Counted from the stretch's first letter, positions 23,398-35,864 are shown. The stretch is 64,000 bases of DNA from Hyaloraphidium curvatum SAG 235-1 (GCA_025558095.1 JAIVFI010000030.1:525909-589908); one strand, 5' to 3'. Notes: generated by a model not told the origin, from the letters alone. Made by a program: numbers and translations.

Positions 23398-26054
23398 TCA
23401 GAGGAAGGCGATGTCGGTAAACTCGTCCACCATCACGTCCGTCACCGCATCCTCCGAAGCATCCTCGTCGACGGCGGCGTCGGTATCGGCCATCGATTCC
23501 ACCGCCGCGTCGTCCGCCACGCTGGAGACGGCGGCGTCGTCCACGTACCTGACCGCGCTGACGGTTTGCACGTCGGTGTCGATGAAGGCGTTGAACGAGC
23601 GGCGGAAGCTGGTCGTCTCGGCGGTTTCCTGCGGAAAGCGACGGTGAGGACAGATAGCGCCTCGTTCGTGCAGGGTACCCACCCCGACCATGTCCCACAG
23701 GTCGTTCTCTCCCATCTCCGCAAACACGTCGCCGAATTCGGGCTCCAGGGAGTTGATGGCCTCGATCATGTCCGCCACCGTCTCGCCCAGCACCTCCCCC
23801 ATGTCCGCCACGAGCTCGGCCAGCGACGTGAAGGCCTCCGTAATAGCATCCTCGAACTGGTCGGCGACCCCCGGCATCTGCAAAAAGTAGCCCAGGAACC
23901 CCTCGGCGGCCTGCCCCGAGGCGACCTTGCGCGCCGCCTGGCGCAGGGTCCCGACGAAGACAAGGCACGGCTCGCCCAGGACGGTGCACACCGTGGAATT
24001 GACCCTGATCCCGTCCGAGATGGGCTCGAGTTTCCGGTACGCGGGGCCCAGCACCGCCGTCGGCACCTGCCCTCGCGGCCGCGCCGCGGCGAGGTCGCTG
24101 GGGTACCCCGCCGGCGCGACGTTGCCGAGCTTGATGCAGTCGGTGCGGCTCCAGATCCGCGAGGGGGACGAGAACGGCGGGTACGGGCCCGTCGTCTTGC
24201 GCTTGGCCCCGGTGTGCATGGCGAGGAACTGCACGTTGGCGACGTTGGGGTTGTTGCCCGTCTGGCACGGGTGGCCGAGGATGACGGTGCCGTTGTTGTG
24301 CAGGCAGACGTCGCCGAGGCCACGGAAGTTCTGCTGCCACTGCGGAATCGGGAGCTGGACGTACTCGGAGGTCTGCTTCTGCTGCGTCCAGTAGGTCTTG
24401 TTGAACGCGGCGGGGACGTCCTTGTTGTACGGATTGAAGGCGTAGAACCACTGGGCGGTCGCGTTCGGTTTGCCCCAGCAGCACGTGGTGCCTGTGCCGG
24501 CGGTGAGCGTCGCCCTGCGTGCGTGCGCGTCAGCACGCCGTACGTCCGAGCGGACAAAACGTCCGCCGCCCACCACGACGAGGACGAGACGACGGGCTTG
24601 GTCCAGGTGAGCCCGATCGAGGAGCGCTCGTTGGTGAACTGGTTCGCCACGGAGATGCTGAACGTCTGCTCGCCGTCTTGCAGGGCAAAAAGCGGTGCCC
24701 CGATGTCGGCGCACTGGTTCCACCCAAGGTCGATGCTGCGGATCACGCCCCCGGTTCCCTCGCTGCCGTACGTGAATGTGCTCGGCACGTCCTGGTTCAC
24801 AAGGCGTATCACCATGCCCGTCGTCTGGAACGCGTCGTTCCGCCTTTCCAGCCCGTGGTCAGGTGATGCCGTGGTGATCGCGGCCTGCCGGCGGCGGAGC
24901 GGGGGCTCGCTGCGGCGGAGGGACCGTGCGCGGCGGGGCTGCGGCATGGCCGCGGCGGCGGCGGCCTTGGCTGACTGCGGTCCCCCGAAGGCGTGCACAA
25001 GGGGTCCCAGGGCCCTCCAGAACTTGAGGAAGAGGCGGGATTCGCCGCAGTCGCCGGCGTGGCTGGTGCCGTTGGTCGTGCGGAGCGAGTAGCGGGCCGG
25101 GCACGAGTACAGCACGGCCGAGCTTGCGCTGCCCACGGCCTGCGCGGAAAGCCGGTTCGCTGCCTCCTCGCAGGCGCCTCGGGATGCGAACGAAGTGCAG
25201 CAGGATGCGAAGCCGCCCTTGGAAGGAAACAGATCAGGAAGAGCACCCGAGGTTCTCGCCGCCCCGAAGATACCTTGACGGCGCCGTTGCATGATGCCTT
25301 GGAGCCCTTCTTGAGGCAGGCGGGGGCATTGCTGCGCGGGTCCGTGCGCAGCGGAACGAAGCGGGCGCCGGCCAACTTGTGGCAGTTCCACGGGCCGACG
25401 GCGTTGACCTTGACGGTGGCAGTGACGGTCTTGCGGGCCGTGACGGAGACCTTGGTCGTCGTGACGCGCGTCGCCGACCTGGTCTTGAGCGTGCGGTAGC
25501 TCGTCCGCGTCGCCGTCAGCACGGACGGCACGCAGCACGATCCGGCTGCGGGGCACCTCGGGCACACGCTGCGGCCGTTGGCGTTTGCTTCCGGAGCGAG
25601 GGCGGCGCCAGCGGGGGACCAGGCCTCGCCGCGGGCGTAGAGGTCCGCGACCATGTCGGCCAACCCGGCGGGGTCATCGACGGCGCGGGCGGCCTTCCTG
25701 GGGGGCGCCACGACGGTGGCGACGAAGGTGGTGCTGGTCGCGGTCTTTGTGACCCTGACGGTGGCCCGTACGACTTTGAGGGACGTGACGGTGGTCTGCG
25801 CACGAGCCGGGGACGTGAGCAACCCGCGGGGCCCCGGCCGCCAAACGCTCATGCGCAGCGATGCCCACCGTGCCCAGGGAAGCGGTCTTGACGACGGTCG
25901 TGGTCGCCCTGCAGCAGCAGCCGGCCACGTTTGCCTGCGCAGTGCCGCAGAGAGGGCCGACGACCGTGGCTCCGGCAAGGCCGGGCGCGAGCAGCGCCGC
26001 GAGGGCGGCGCACGCGAGGGCAAGGAGCACGAGGGACGGCGGATTGGTCCGCAT
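23398..26054 (-). CDS. Large secreted protein: Thr-rich/Cys N-region, dibasic sites, acidic C-terminus; several introns
   Basis: Signal MRTNPPSLVLLALACAALAALL; exons in ORFs 25674..26054, 24809..26215, 23766..25565, 23398..24723. Confidence 0.65.
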
Positions 26055-26523
26055 CGAAGGGGGACACCTTTTGTGCGGGATGATGGCGTGGCGTGGCGAT
26101 GCTGATTGGGGACGTCCCTTTTGAGGGTGGAGTTTCCGCGCCCGCCTGGGGAGTTTCTGCGCCCGTCAAAGGGGGGCAGCGGGCGCGGAAAATGATTCCC
26201 CACCACCTTGGTCATTCAGTCACAGGATCCTATACCCTCTTTTCGAACCGGAAATTTGGGTATACCCACCTTGCAAAAGGCCCTGCGAGTTCCGAAAGCT
26301 CGGCATTTCCTGCCGCCGCTCTGCGTAATAGGCTCGGCGGGCAACCCATGGAGCTGCAGCTGACGGGCGAGGAGATCGAGGAATGCGCGTGCGACAGGTA
26401 ATGGAACCAAGGATTCGAAGAGGCACTACCTCTTTCGGTTCCGCGTCGGCAACCCGACATCTAAGTTATACAACAATCATTACGTCTGCCCTTTCGCCCA
26501 CTCCAACGGCTGTTCTCCGCCAC

Positions 26524-28631
26524 TCAGTCCTTCAGCAGCCTCCTCAGCACCTTGCCGCTCGCGCTCTTGGGCACCGACTCCACGAACGCGATCCCGCCCT
26601 CGGGCTGCTTGTAGCGAGCCATCCTCTGCGCGCACCACCTGCGGAGCTCGGCGCGGATCTCCTCGGGCTCGAGGTGCGCCGTCAGCGCGGGCTCGAGGAC
26701 AACGTAGGCCTTGGGGGCCTCGCCGGCGCTGCGGTGGGGAACGGAGGCGACCGCCTGCGAGCAAAGCGGGGAAGTCAGATCCTCGACCGATGCAGGACGG
26801 CGCAAGGGGGAAACGTACCGCATCGTGAACGTACGGATGCTCCAGCAACACCGTCTCCACGTCCGCAGGCGCCACCGACAGCCCGTTGACCTTGATCATC
26901 TCCTTGATCCTGTCCCGCACGGCCAGCCCCCCCTCCCCGAACGCGGCCACGTCCCCCGTCCGCAGCCACCCGTCGTCGTCCACGATCCCCGCGCCGGGCA
27001 GCCGCCAGAACGACCGGACGGCCTGCGGCGCGCGGATCCACAGCTCGCCCGCGGTGCCCGGTGCGCAGTCCTCTCCCGTGTGCGGATCCACCACCCTCGC
27101 CTCGACGTTCGGCAACGCGCGGCCGGCCTGGCCTTCGGAGATCTCCTCCCCGGGGAGCGTCGACAGCGCGGTGGCGACGAGCTCGGTCATCCCGAAGCCG
27201 TTGCGGAGCACGGGGCGGGCGAAAGTGCGGCGCGTGGCGGCGATCACTTCCGAGAGGAGGGGGGCGGCGGCGGACATGAGCCAGCGGAGGGTGGGGTGCG
27301 GGGGGTTGGGCGGGTCCGGGGAGAGGTGCTTGTTGAAGGAGAGGAGCATCGGGGGGACCACTGGGAGGGTGGAAGAGTTCGATTGAAAGGAGAAGAGAAG
27401 CGGTCAAGGGGCTCACCGAAGCCGATGTTGATGCCGTACTCGTCGATCGCGGCCAGCGCCCGCTGGGCGTCGAACTTGGGGAACAGCACCGTCCGCAGAC
27501 CCTGTGGGCACGGGGGGATCCATTGGCGGTTAACATAGGCAGCCACCGTACGCCGTCCTGTACCCACCAAGTACATCGACACAAAGATCAAGTTGAACAT
27601 GCCGAAGGCGTGGAACACCGGCACCACGCCCAGCACCGTGTCCTCCCCGGGGACAACGGCCGGCGGCTGCAGGGTGGTCTCGAAGTGGGCGATGCCGAGG
27701 ACGACGGCGACGATGTTGCGGTGCGAGATGGCGATGGGCTTGGACTTGCCCGAGGTGGTGCCGGAGGAGAAGAGAACAAAGGCGGGGCGGTGAAGGGCCG
27801 CGTCGTCGCCTTCCGATTCGGGCACGGGGGGGCCGTTTCCGTTGGCGGCTCCGCCCTCGGGCTCATCGCGGCCGAACGGGCTCGGCGGCGACCGCCCCGC
27901 CACGGGCGAGTAAAGCGCGTGCATGCCCAACTCCACCACCTCCCCCATGGAAACGAACCCGTCCGGCATCGGTGCCCCGTCGTCCCCGTGCCCGTAGTGG
28001 CCCGAGAGCACCTCTGCGTCGTCTGCCACCACGATCCGGTGCGGGTCGCGGCCCATCATCCCCACCCAGGCCTCGGCGGCGCGGCCGATTACGGCGGGGT
28101 GGCAGACGAGCACGTCGGCGCCGCTGGCCTCCCACTGCGAGGTGCATTCGTACGGCGTGAGGGCGGCGTTTGTAGTGCTGGCGACGCAGCCGGGGATGCG
28201 GGGGAGCGCGAGGGCGAGCACGGGGTACACGAGCGAGTTGGGCGAGAAGATGGCGACGACCACGGGGTCCCGCGGGGCGTCGTCGCCGGGGAACAGGTCC
28301 GGGTAGGTGAGCGGCAGCCCGCGGACGACGGCGCCGGCGAGCTCGAAGAGCCGCTCGTACGTCAGGCTGGCGCCCGTCGCCGCGTCCTGGGCCGCACGGG
28401 GCACACGGGAAAGGGGCAAAACAAAACGATAACAACGGTTCGACGAGGCGATGTTGGAGATTCGGCGATTTAAGGGGGGATCAGAGGAGTCCGGTCTGCC
28501 GGTTCGCCACCACCCACGACGTACGCCTGCTTCTTCCACGCCTTAGCCACGTGCGGCGACCGCTCGACAAGGTCGGCGCAGTTGACATGGTGCGGCGGCA
28601 GCGCCAGCTGCTCGACGGGCTCGCGCGCCAT
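26524..28631 (-). CDS. 4-coumarate-CoA-ligase/luciferase-like acyl-CoA synthetase (AMP-binding), ~4 introns
   Basis: LFSSGTTSGKSKPI, PVFHAFG, GFGMTE, WLRTGD, DRIKEMIKVNG, VPKSASGKVLRR. Confidence 0.93.
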
Positions 28632-28781
28632 CGTTGCCGGCGGGGAGACAGATCGATCGGCGGCGGTCGGCTGCTTCGCCACTCGCCCGCCGCCTTGCCT
28701 CCCGCCGAACGAAGCACCGACAAACTCGGCCTTTAAATCCTATAAAACGGCCTCCTAGACTTCGTTCAGTGTCGGCCCGCG
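28632..28781. promoter_or_regulatory. Putative 150-bp bidirectional promoter shared by the ligase and ketosynthase genes
   Basis: Divergent ATGs at 28631 and 28782; TTTAAA and TATAAAA at ~28732-28747 in an otherwise GC-rich spacer. Confidence 0.55.
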
Positions 28782-30493
28782 ATGACGGCCAACGGCGACG
28801 CGCGGCGGGTGCTGCCGGCGTGGCCCGAGCCGGTCGCCATCATCGGCGCGGCGTGCCGGCTGCCCGGGGGAGCCGACACCGTCGACGCCTTCTGGGACAC
28901 CGTCATCGCCGGCGCACCCATCTTCTCCGCGGCTCCAAACAAGCGCTGGGCCACCTCGGTCCCCGCCGCCCCGCCCGATGCCCCCAGCAACAACCCCGCC
29001 GGATTGCCCCGCGGCGCCTTCCTCTCGGACGCGCAGCTGGCCGCCGACCCGGGCTTCTTCGGCCTGTCGGACAAGGAGCTGGCGTACATGGACCCGCACC
29101 AGTACCTGGCGCTGGCCGTGTGCTCGGAGGCGCTGCGGAACGCGGGGATCAGGGAGGGCGGCGCGAACGCGTACTGGGACGAGGAAAAGAGGTGCGCGAC
29201 GGAGAGGGCGGGCGATGCTGGCGTGTTTGTGGGCATGGGCGTGGGGGCCGCGGACATGGCGACGATCGCGTTGCAGGTGGGACACTGATGATGGGGTGAA
29301 CGGCAACAATGGCCGCTGACGCTCAAGAATCGTGTCGCACAGGCCGAACCGACGCCCTTCACCAACTTCGGCTACCTCCCCTTTGCCGTCGCCAACCGCG
29401 TCTCGCACACGTTCGGCTTCACCGGGCCCAGCGTCAACATCGACACGGCCTGCTCGGGGTCCTTGAGTGCGTGGCACCGGAGCCGTCGTCCGCTGGCACC
29501 GGTGACGAATTCTCCTTCGTCACCCACAGCCGCGGTGCACTACGCCTGCATGTCCCTCCTCAACTCGGAGAGCGAGATAGCCATCGCCGCCGGCATCAAC
29601 GTCATCACCAACCCGGTCCGTTCCCCATCGCCTACCCTTCTCGTTAATCTCACCTCTTTCCTCCCACGGCAGTCATCCTACGCCCACATCTCCGCCCTCC
29701 GCATCCTCTCCCCCTCGTACCACTCCCCCATCCTCACCCCCCGCGTGGACGGGTACACCCGCGGCGAAGCCGCCGTCGCCCTCGTCCTCAAACGTCTCTC
29801 GGCCGCCGAGCGGGACGGCGACACCCCCATCGCGGTGGTCCGCGGCACGGGCGCGGGGCACAACGGTCGGACGGGGCGGCACATGGCCACGCCGAGCATG
29901 GAGGGCCAGGCGCGGTGCATCCGCGACGCGCTGGCCCGCGCCGGGTTGCCGCCGGGGGAGGTGGACTACCTCGAGCTGCACGCTACGGGCACGCAGGCCG
30001 GGGACAAGCGCGAGCTGCAGACCGCCGTGCACGTCTACGGGGAGGGCAGGGACAGGCGGCTGAGGATCGGGGGGGTGAAGAGCATGTACGGGCATTCCGA
30101 GGGGGCGAGCGGGATCACGAGCCTGCTCAAGGGGGTGATGGTGGGGAGGCACGGGGTGGCGCCGCCGGTGCTGCATTTCGACGGGGCGAGGGGAGAGTGC
30201 GTACCGCGCCGTTCGTTGCGCTGTTCCGGCCGTGCCTGACCCGCCCGCCTCCCAGCGTCGAGCTGCCGCCCACCTTCGAGATCGTCCCGCACTCGTCGCC
30301 CGTCCCCCTCGCCCGGCGCGATGGCACCCTCCGCGTCGCCGTCAACAGCTTCGGCGCCGGCGGCACCAACGCCTGCGCGGTGATCGAGTCGCGGGGGGAA
30401 GGGGCGGCGGGGTACCCGCGGTACGAGTACGAGGCGAGGTGGGTGACCCGGGAGGGCGGCAAGGCGGGAGGACGGGCTAACTGTGGGGCGTGA
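28782..30493 (+). CDS. Stand-alone type-I-PKS-like beta-ketoacyl synthase (KS only), 4 introns
   Basis: EPVAIIGAACRLPGG, MDPHQ, ANRVSHTFGFTGPSVNIDTACSGSL, GYTRGEA, ELHATGTQAGD, VKSMYGHSEGASG, VNSFGAGGTN; stop ~35 aa later. Confidence 0.92.
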
Positions 30494-30753
30494 CAGGGAA
30501 CATTCGATGCCGCAGCAGAGGGTGGGGTACTACCGGACGGCGCAGGTGCGGGGGTGGGAGGGGGCGGGGAAGGGCGAGGAGGCGGCCGACGGGTGATCCG
30601 GCGGGACGAGGCGGGGATCGGGGGGCGTGCAGCGCTGTATTTCCCTGCATGCCGAGTATCGACCTACCGAGGGGCTTTCTTGGAGGAGGGTCGGGAGTGC
30701 GTGGGGCGCCGCAGGCTAGCGGGGCGGAAACTGCCTCCCACGTCCCATCGACA

Positions 30754-32048
30754 ATGCAGGCGTCTCGCAGGCTCGTCAACGCGTCGACCGGCCTGGGCCG
30801 CGTCGCACTGATGTACTTTCTGCTCCGATGCCTCGCATCGCCTGTCCTGACGCCTTCTCGGACCCCTATCGTCCCCCGCATACGCGACCCGCTGTCTCAC
30901 CTCCCCGCCTCCCAGCACGGGCGGCGCCTCGGGGATCGGCGCCGAAACCGCCCTCCGCTTCGCCCTCGCCGGCTGCTCCTCCGTCTTCCTCGCCGACCTC
31001 CCCTCCCAGTCCCCCCTCGCCTCCTCGGTGCTCGCGCGGATCCGCGGCGCCGCCCCCGCGTGCCGCGCGTCCTTCCTCCCCCTGGACGTCACGAGGGAGG
31101 GCGAATGGATGGACGCGCTCGAGAGGGTGCACGAGGAGGCGGGGCCGCTGGACGTGCTGGTCAACTGCGCGGGTTACGTCAGGGGATGGCCGAAAGTGCA
31201 GGAACACCCGCTCGAGGTGTGGAAGGAGGTGATGGAGATCAACGCGACGGGGACGTTCCTGGGGTGCAAGCACGGCGTGGCGAGCATGGAGAGGAACAAG
31301 GTTGGGTGGGGCGGAGGGGCGGGAGGGGAGAGGTGCCGACTGGAACCGTCGTCGCGCCAGGTCGAGGAGTCCAAGAGCATCATCAACCTGAGCTCGATCA
31401 AGGGGCTCGTCGCGGGCCCCGACAGCCCGGCGTGTGGGGTCCCTCCGCGCTGTCACCGGGATCCGAGCTCATGCACCCTGGATTGCCGCAGACGAGGCGA
31501 GCAAGGGCGCCGTGCGGATGCTCACCAAGAGCGTCGCCCTCTGTCGGTCTCCCCCGCCGCTCCTTCGCTTACTCTTCTGACCGCGATCTATCTCCTGCAG
31601 CCTGCGCGCAGCAGGGCCTCAACATGTGGGTCCCTCCACCGCCGTGCCGCGCCGCTTTCTGCTTTGACGCCCCTCTCCCCGCCGCCCCCCGCCAGCCGCT
31701 GTAACTCCGTGCACCCCGTACGTGCCCTCGCCCCCCACCCCTCCCTGGCTAACCTCCCTGGCTACCCGGCCGCCCCATTAGGGCTGGATCCGCACCCCCT
31801 TCGTCGACACCTTCCTCAACGAGCTCGAGGCCGCCGAGGCCGCCAAGGCCGTCAGGCACGCCGAGTCGCTGCACCCCGTGGGCAGGCTGGGCAAGCCGAG
31901 GGAGGTGGCGGACGCGGTGGTGTTTTTGGCGAGCGAGGAGAGCTCCTTCGTGGGTCGGCCTCGCGTCCGCGGCGGTGCGGCGGCTGATCCGGCAAAGCAG
32001 ATGACGGGGAGCGAGCTGGTGGTCGACGGCGGGTACACGGCGCAATAG
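30754..32048 (+). CDS. Classical short-chain dehydrogenase/reductase (FabG / 3a,20b-HSD-like), ~7 introns
   Basis: TGGASGIG, LVNCAG, IINLSS, spliced YEASK, RCNSVHPG, MTGSELVVDGG. Confidence 0.92.
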
Positions 32049-32056
32049 CCGGCCGA

Positions 32057-32677
32057 TCAGACGGCATCGGCGAGCGAATCGAACGCCCCAAGCCCCTTGT
32101 CGCCGACCCCCGGCGGGCCCTCGGCGGTGACAAACACCACCGGCGCCTCCTGCACCCTCCTGTCCAGCTCCATCTCCTTGCGGATGTCCACGTGCGTGAA
32201 GAACAGCAGGAAGACGGCCTCCCAGATGAGCACCCAGCCGACGATGTAGACCACCTCGCCGAGCAGCGTGGCGGCGAGCGGGTCGACCTGCGAGATGAAC
32301 CAAGCGGGGACCATGGTGGCGGCGCCGAACACCACCAGCACGAGGGCCTTGAGGTACCCGCGCCGCTTTGTCTTGCCGAGGTAGTCTGCCGTATGCCGCA
32401 TGTGCTCCCTGAACACGCCCGCCGCCACGCGCTCCCTCTCCGCGTCGCGCTCCCCGGCGGGCAGGTGCACCGCGATCCGCAGCCCCTTGGATTCCCGCAG
32501 TGCCAGCGCGCGCCGCTGCAGGAACGTCTGCAGGTCCGGGTGCAGCGTGCGCTGCGCGAGCGGCGCGTAGTCCCACGGCGAGAAGAGCGCGTCGAAGCGG
32601 GGCGCGCCGACGGCGATGTCGGCGGAGGGCGTGCCGGCCGCGCACGGCGGGCCGACGGCGACGATGAGGCTGCCCAT
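32057..32677 (-). CDS. Intronless two-TM hypothetical protein resembling a prokaryotic family
   Basis: FDALFSPWDYAPLAQRTL..LRIAVHLP, then two TM helices ending GWVLIWEAV. Confidence 0.65.
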   Translation of the reverse strand: MGSLIVAVGPPCAAGTPSADIAVGAPRFDALFSPWDYAPLAQRTLHPDLQTFLQRRALALRESKGLRIAVHLPAGERDAERERVAAGVFREHMRHTADYLGKTKRRGYLKALVLVVFGAATMVPAWFISQVDPLAATLLGEVVYIVGWVLIWEAVFLLFFTHVDIRKEMELDRRVQEAPVVFVTAEGPPGVGDKGLGAFDSLADAV

Positions 32678-33235
32678 TCGGGGTGTCGGGGATCGCGGAG
32701 GAGGAAAGGCCGAGCGGCGCCGGCCGGCCGCGTCCCAAACTCCCAACTCGGCATCCCGGCCGGCCGTCCCTCAGAACCACGGCATCCAGCTCTCCCGCCG
32801 CATCAGGACGGAGCCCCGCCCCGATGAACGCGGGAAGGAGAGGATCATCCGGCCGGCCTCGGAGGCGCTGAAAGGCGACGTTGGCGCTCGTTGGCCCCCA
32901 CGCCACTGTGAGATTCCCCATCCATTCAGCCATTCGCGGCAGAACGACATGAAAACGCATTATCGGCACACGCAGGGCCGTGATCACGTCATCGCGGCGT
33001 GCTGCTGCCTGCGTTCTTAGACGCCTCCCAAGGTCCCGAGGAAGAGAGCACCTCACGGTTCCCGCGAGAAGGCACTTCATACCCGCGGTCCGCCCGCGCG
33101 ATCTTCCGACTTTGATGCGTCGCCAGGAGGCCCTGGATGGATGGGACGGGCGGGGGGCAAATCCCCGTTCCGCCGTCCCGCCCCCGGGTCCCGCCCCCAC
33201 GAATCCAAACCCCGCCGGCACTCCCGTCGCCCGCC

Positions 33236-34543
33236 ATGCCCGCCGGCACTCTGCCCGCCTCCGTGGCGCCGTGCCCCGCCCCGCCGGTCACGCTCTCGGA
33301 CGTGCAGGCGGCGCGCGAGCTGCTTTCCGGGGTGGTCCGCCCCACGCCGCTCGAGCACTCGCGCGCGCTGTCGGACCGCCTCGGCTGCCCCGTTTATTTC
33401 AAGTGCGAGAATTTGAACCGCGCGGGGTCGTTCAAGATCCGCGGCGCGTACACGCGGATGGCGCGGCTCACCGCGGGGGAGAAGGCGCGCGGCGTCGTCG
33501 CGGCGTCGGCCGGCAACCACGCGCAGGGCGTGGCGCTGGCCGCGAAAATGCTGGGCATCGAGGCGACGGTGTTCATGCCGCTTGCGGCGCCGATCCCGAA
33601 ACTCGTGGCGACGCGGGGCTACGGCGCCAAGGTGGAGCAGACGGGGACCTCGGTGGACGAGTGCCTGGTAGCGGCCAAGGAGCACTCGGCGAAAACGGGC
33701 GCCGTTCTGATCCACCCGTTCGACCACGCCGACGTCGTCGCGGGGCAGGGCACCTGCGGCCTCGAGATTCTGGAGCAGTGTCCCGACGTGCGCACGATCG
33801 TCGTGTCGGCCGGCGGCGGCGGCCTGCTGGCCGGCATCGCGGCGGCGGTCAAGGCCACCCGCCCCGAGGTGCGCGTCGTGGGTGTGCAGGCCGAGCAGGC
33901 GGCCGCGTACCCGCCCTCCCTGGCCGCCGGCGCCCCGATCCCCCTGCAGAAGATGCAGACCATGGCGGACGGCATCGCCGTCGGCCGCCCCGGCGACGTG
34001 CCGTTCGCCCTCGTGCGCGACCTGGCCGATGGCATTGAAACCGTCAGCGAGGAGCAGATATCGCGCGCGCTGCTGTTCCTCCTGGAGCACGCCAAGCTCG
34101 TCGTCGAGCCCGCGGGCGCCGCCGCCGCCGCCCACCTGCTCTCGCTCCCCCACGCGGACGCCGCCGGAGGAGACATCGCTTCCTCTCCCACTTCGGCGGC
34201 GGCATCGCCCATCTCAGGGCCCGTTGTAGCCGTGCTCTCGGGCGGCAACATCGACCCCCTCCTCCTCCTCCGCATCATCCGCCACGGCATGGCCGCCGCC
34301 GGGCGGTACTGCTCCCTCCGCGCTCGCCTGCCCGACCGCCCCGGCAGTTTGGCGGGGCTGCTGGCCGACTGCGCCGCGGCCGACGCCAACGTGCTCGAGG
34401 TGGAGCACATAAGGACGGGCGCCTTCATCGCCGTGGACGAGGTGGAGATCGCGGTGACGCTGGAGCTCAAGGGGAAGGAGCACAAGGACGGGGTGCTGGG
34501 GAGGCTGCAGGACAGGGGGTACTGGATCGAGGTCGTCACTTGA
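33236..34543 (+). CDS. ilvA: Threonine ammonia-lyase (PLP) with a single C-terminal ACT domain; bacterial-type, intronless
   Basis: FKCENLNRAGSFKIRG, SAGNHAQG, HPFD, GGGGL, VVEPAGA, LSGGNID, LPDRPGSL. Confidence 0.93.
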   Translation: MPAGTLPASVAPCPAPPVTLSDVQAARELLSGVVRPTPLEHSRALSDRLGCPVYFKCENLNRAGSFKIRGAYTRMARLTAGEKARGVVAASAGNHAQGVALAAKMLGIEATVFMPLAAPIPKLVATRGYGAKVEQTGTSVDECLVAAKEHSAKTGAVLIHPFDHADVVAGQGTCGLEILEQCPDVRTIVVSAGGGGLLAGIAAAVKATRPEVRVVGVQAEQAAAYPPSLAAGAPIPLQKMQTMADGIAVGRPGDVPFALVRDLADGIETVSEEQISRALLFLLEHAKLVVEPAGAAAAAHLLSLPHADAAGGDIASSPTSAAASPISGPVVAVLSGGNIDPLLLLRIIRHGMAAAGRYCSLRARLPDRPGSLAGLLADCAAADANVLEVEHIRTGAFIAVDEVEIAVTLELKGKEHKDGVLGRLQDRGYWIEVVT

Positions 34544-34914
34544 CGTGGAGTGGGCGGAGTGGCCGGGAGGCTATAGCCGACGGCGGCCGGAACGGGGTCT
34601 TGAGACTCGAGTGCGTACCCGTGTGTATTCTAGATAGATCGCCCTTTATGCTCAAGCCCGCGGTCTCAACTTCTACGGTGACCCCCCCCCCTCTTCACGG
34701 ACGGATTGCTTAGCCACACGGGTGCCGGCAGGATGATTGGTCAGCCGGCCGGACCCCAAGGACGCGAGTCACTCCCCGCAATGTGCGAGTCAGATCGCGG
34801 CTTACAAATCGGCCTCAGCATGATGCGGAAGTATTTCAGGGCGACGGCATCGGGCACACGGGCATCAGCAAACGCCGAAACGAAACGAAAGCACAACCAC
34901 CAACCGCCCGAGAC

Positions 34915-35550
34915 ATGCGCGCCCCGATGCGCGCCCTCCTCGCCGCCGCCCTGTTTGGGGCGCTCCTTGTTCTTGTCCCCTCTGCCGGCGCATTGCCCGT
35001 CGCCCTGGCGCCCCGCGCGATAGCCCCCGCCGAGCTCGCCGGCCTCCTCCGCACCGCCGAGGAGGAAAAGCTCGCGTTCGACGTGTACACGGCGCTCGGC
35101 GCGAAATGGAACGCATCTACCAACGCGTTCGCCAACATCGCCCGCTCAGAGGCGCGGCACCGCGCCGCGGCCGTCTCCCTGCTCGGCACCTACGGCGCCG
35201 CGGACCCCGGGGCCGGGATGGCCCCGGGGGAGTACGCCGACGCCGGGTTCCGCGCCGCCTACGCGGACCTCGTGGCCAAGGGGACGGCGTCGCTCCGTGA
35301 TGCGCTGGAGGTCGGCGTGGGGATCGAGGAGATGGACATCGCCGACCTCGGGGGGCTGCTCGCCGGCGCGCAGGAGGCGGCGGTGAAGCTGCTGTACGCC
35401 AACCTGGTCGCGGGGAGCAACAACCACCTGGCGGCGTTCAGGAGGAACCTGGCTAAGCTGGATGGCACCGGAGCGGGTGTCGGGAGTGGCGGGCAGGGCG
35501 GGCGGGGCGGGCAGGGGGGCAAGGGGCGAGGGAAGGACGGGCAGGCCTAA
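34915..35550 (+). CDS. Secreted DUF2202 / ferritin-like protein, intronless
   Basis: Signal peptide; EEEKLAFDVY, FANIARSEARH, IEEMDIADL, YANLVAGSNNHLAAF. Confidence 0.88.
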   Translation: MRAPMRALLAAALFGALLVLVPSAGALPVALAPRAIAPAELAGLLRTAEEEKLAFDVYTALGAKWNASTNAFANIARSEARHRAAAVSLLGTYGAADPGAGMAPGEYADAGFRAAYADLVAKGTASLRDALEVGVGIEEMDIADLGGLLAGAQEAAVKLLYANLVAGSNNHLAAFRRNLAKLDGTGAGVGSGGQGGRGGQGGKGRGKDGQA

Positions 35551-35864
35551 GCGTGGCGACGCCTCTCGGGAGACGACGTACAGGCCATGCGGAGTCCTCC
35601 ATTTGTACATACATTCATAGTAGATGCCGCTGAGCTTCGCTGGAGAACGGGGGACGGACGTCCGATTCTTGACTGATGCAGCCGAGCAAAGGAGGCACGG
35701 GCCTGCATTCAAGTGGCCGTGCGATGGCTTCGACGGCAGTTCCATTTCGATTTTTCGGACATGAATGCCTCCAACGAGTCCCACGAGTGAGTGAGTGAGA
35801 GTGACCTCCGGAGGGATCCCGGCGGGCCATCGTTGTTGCCCCGCACCGTCTCCCCTCCGCCGCG

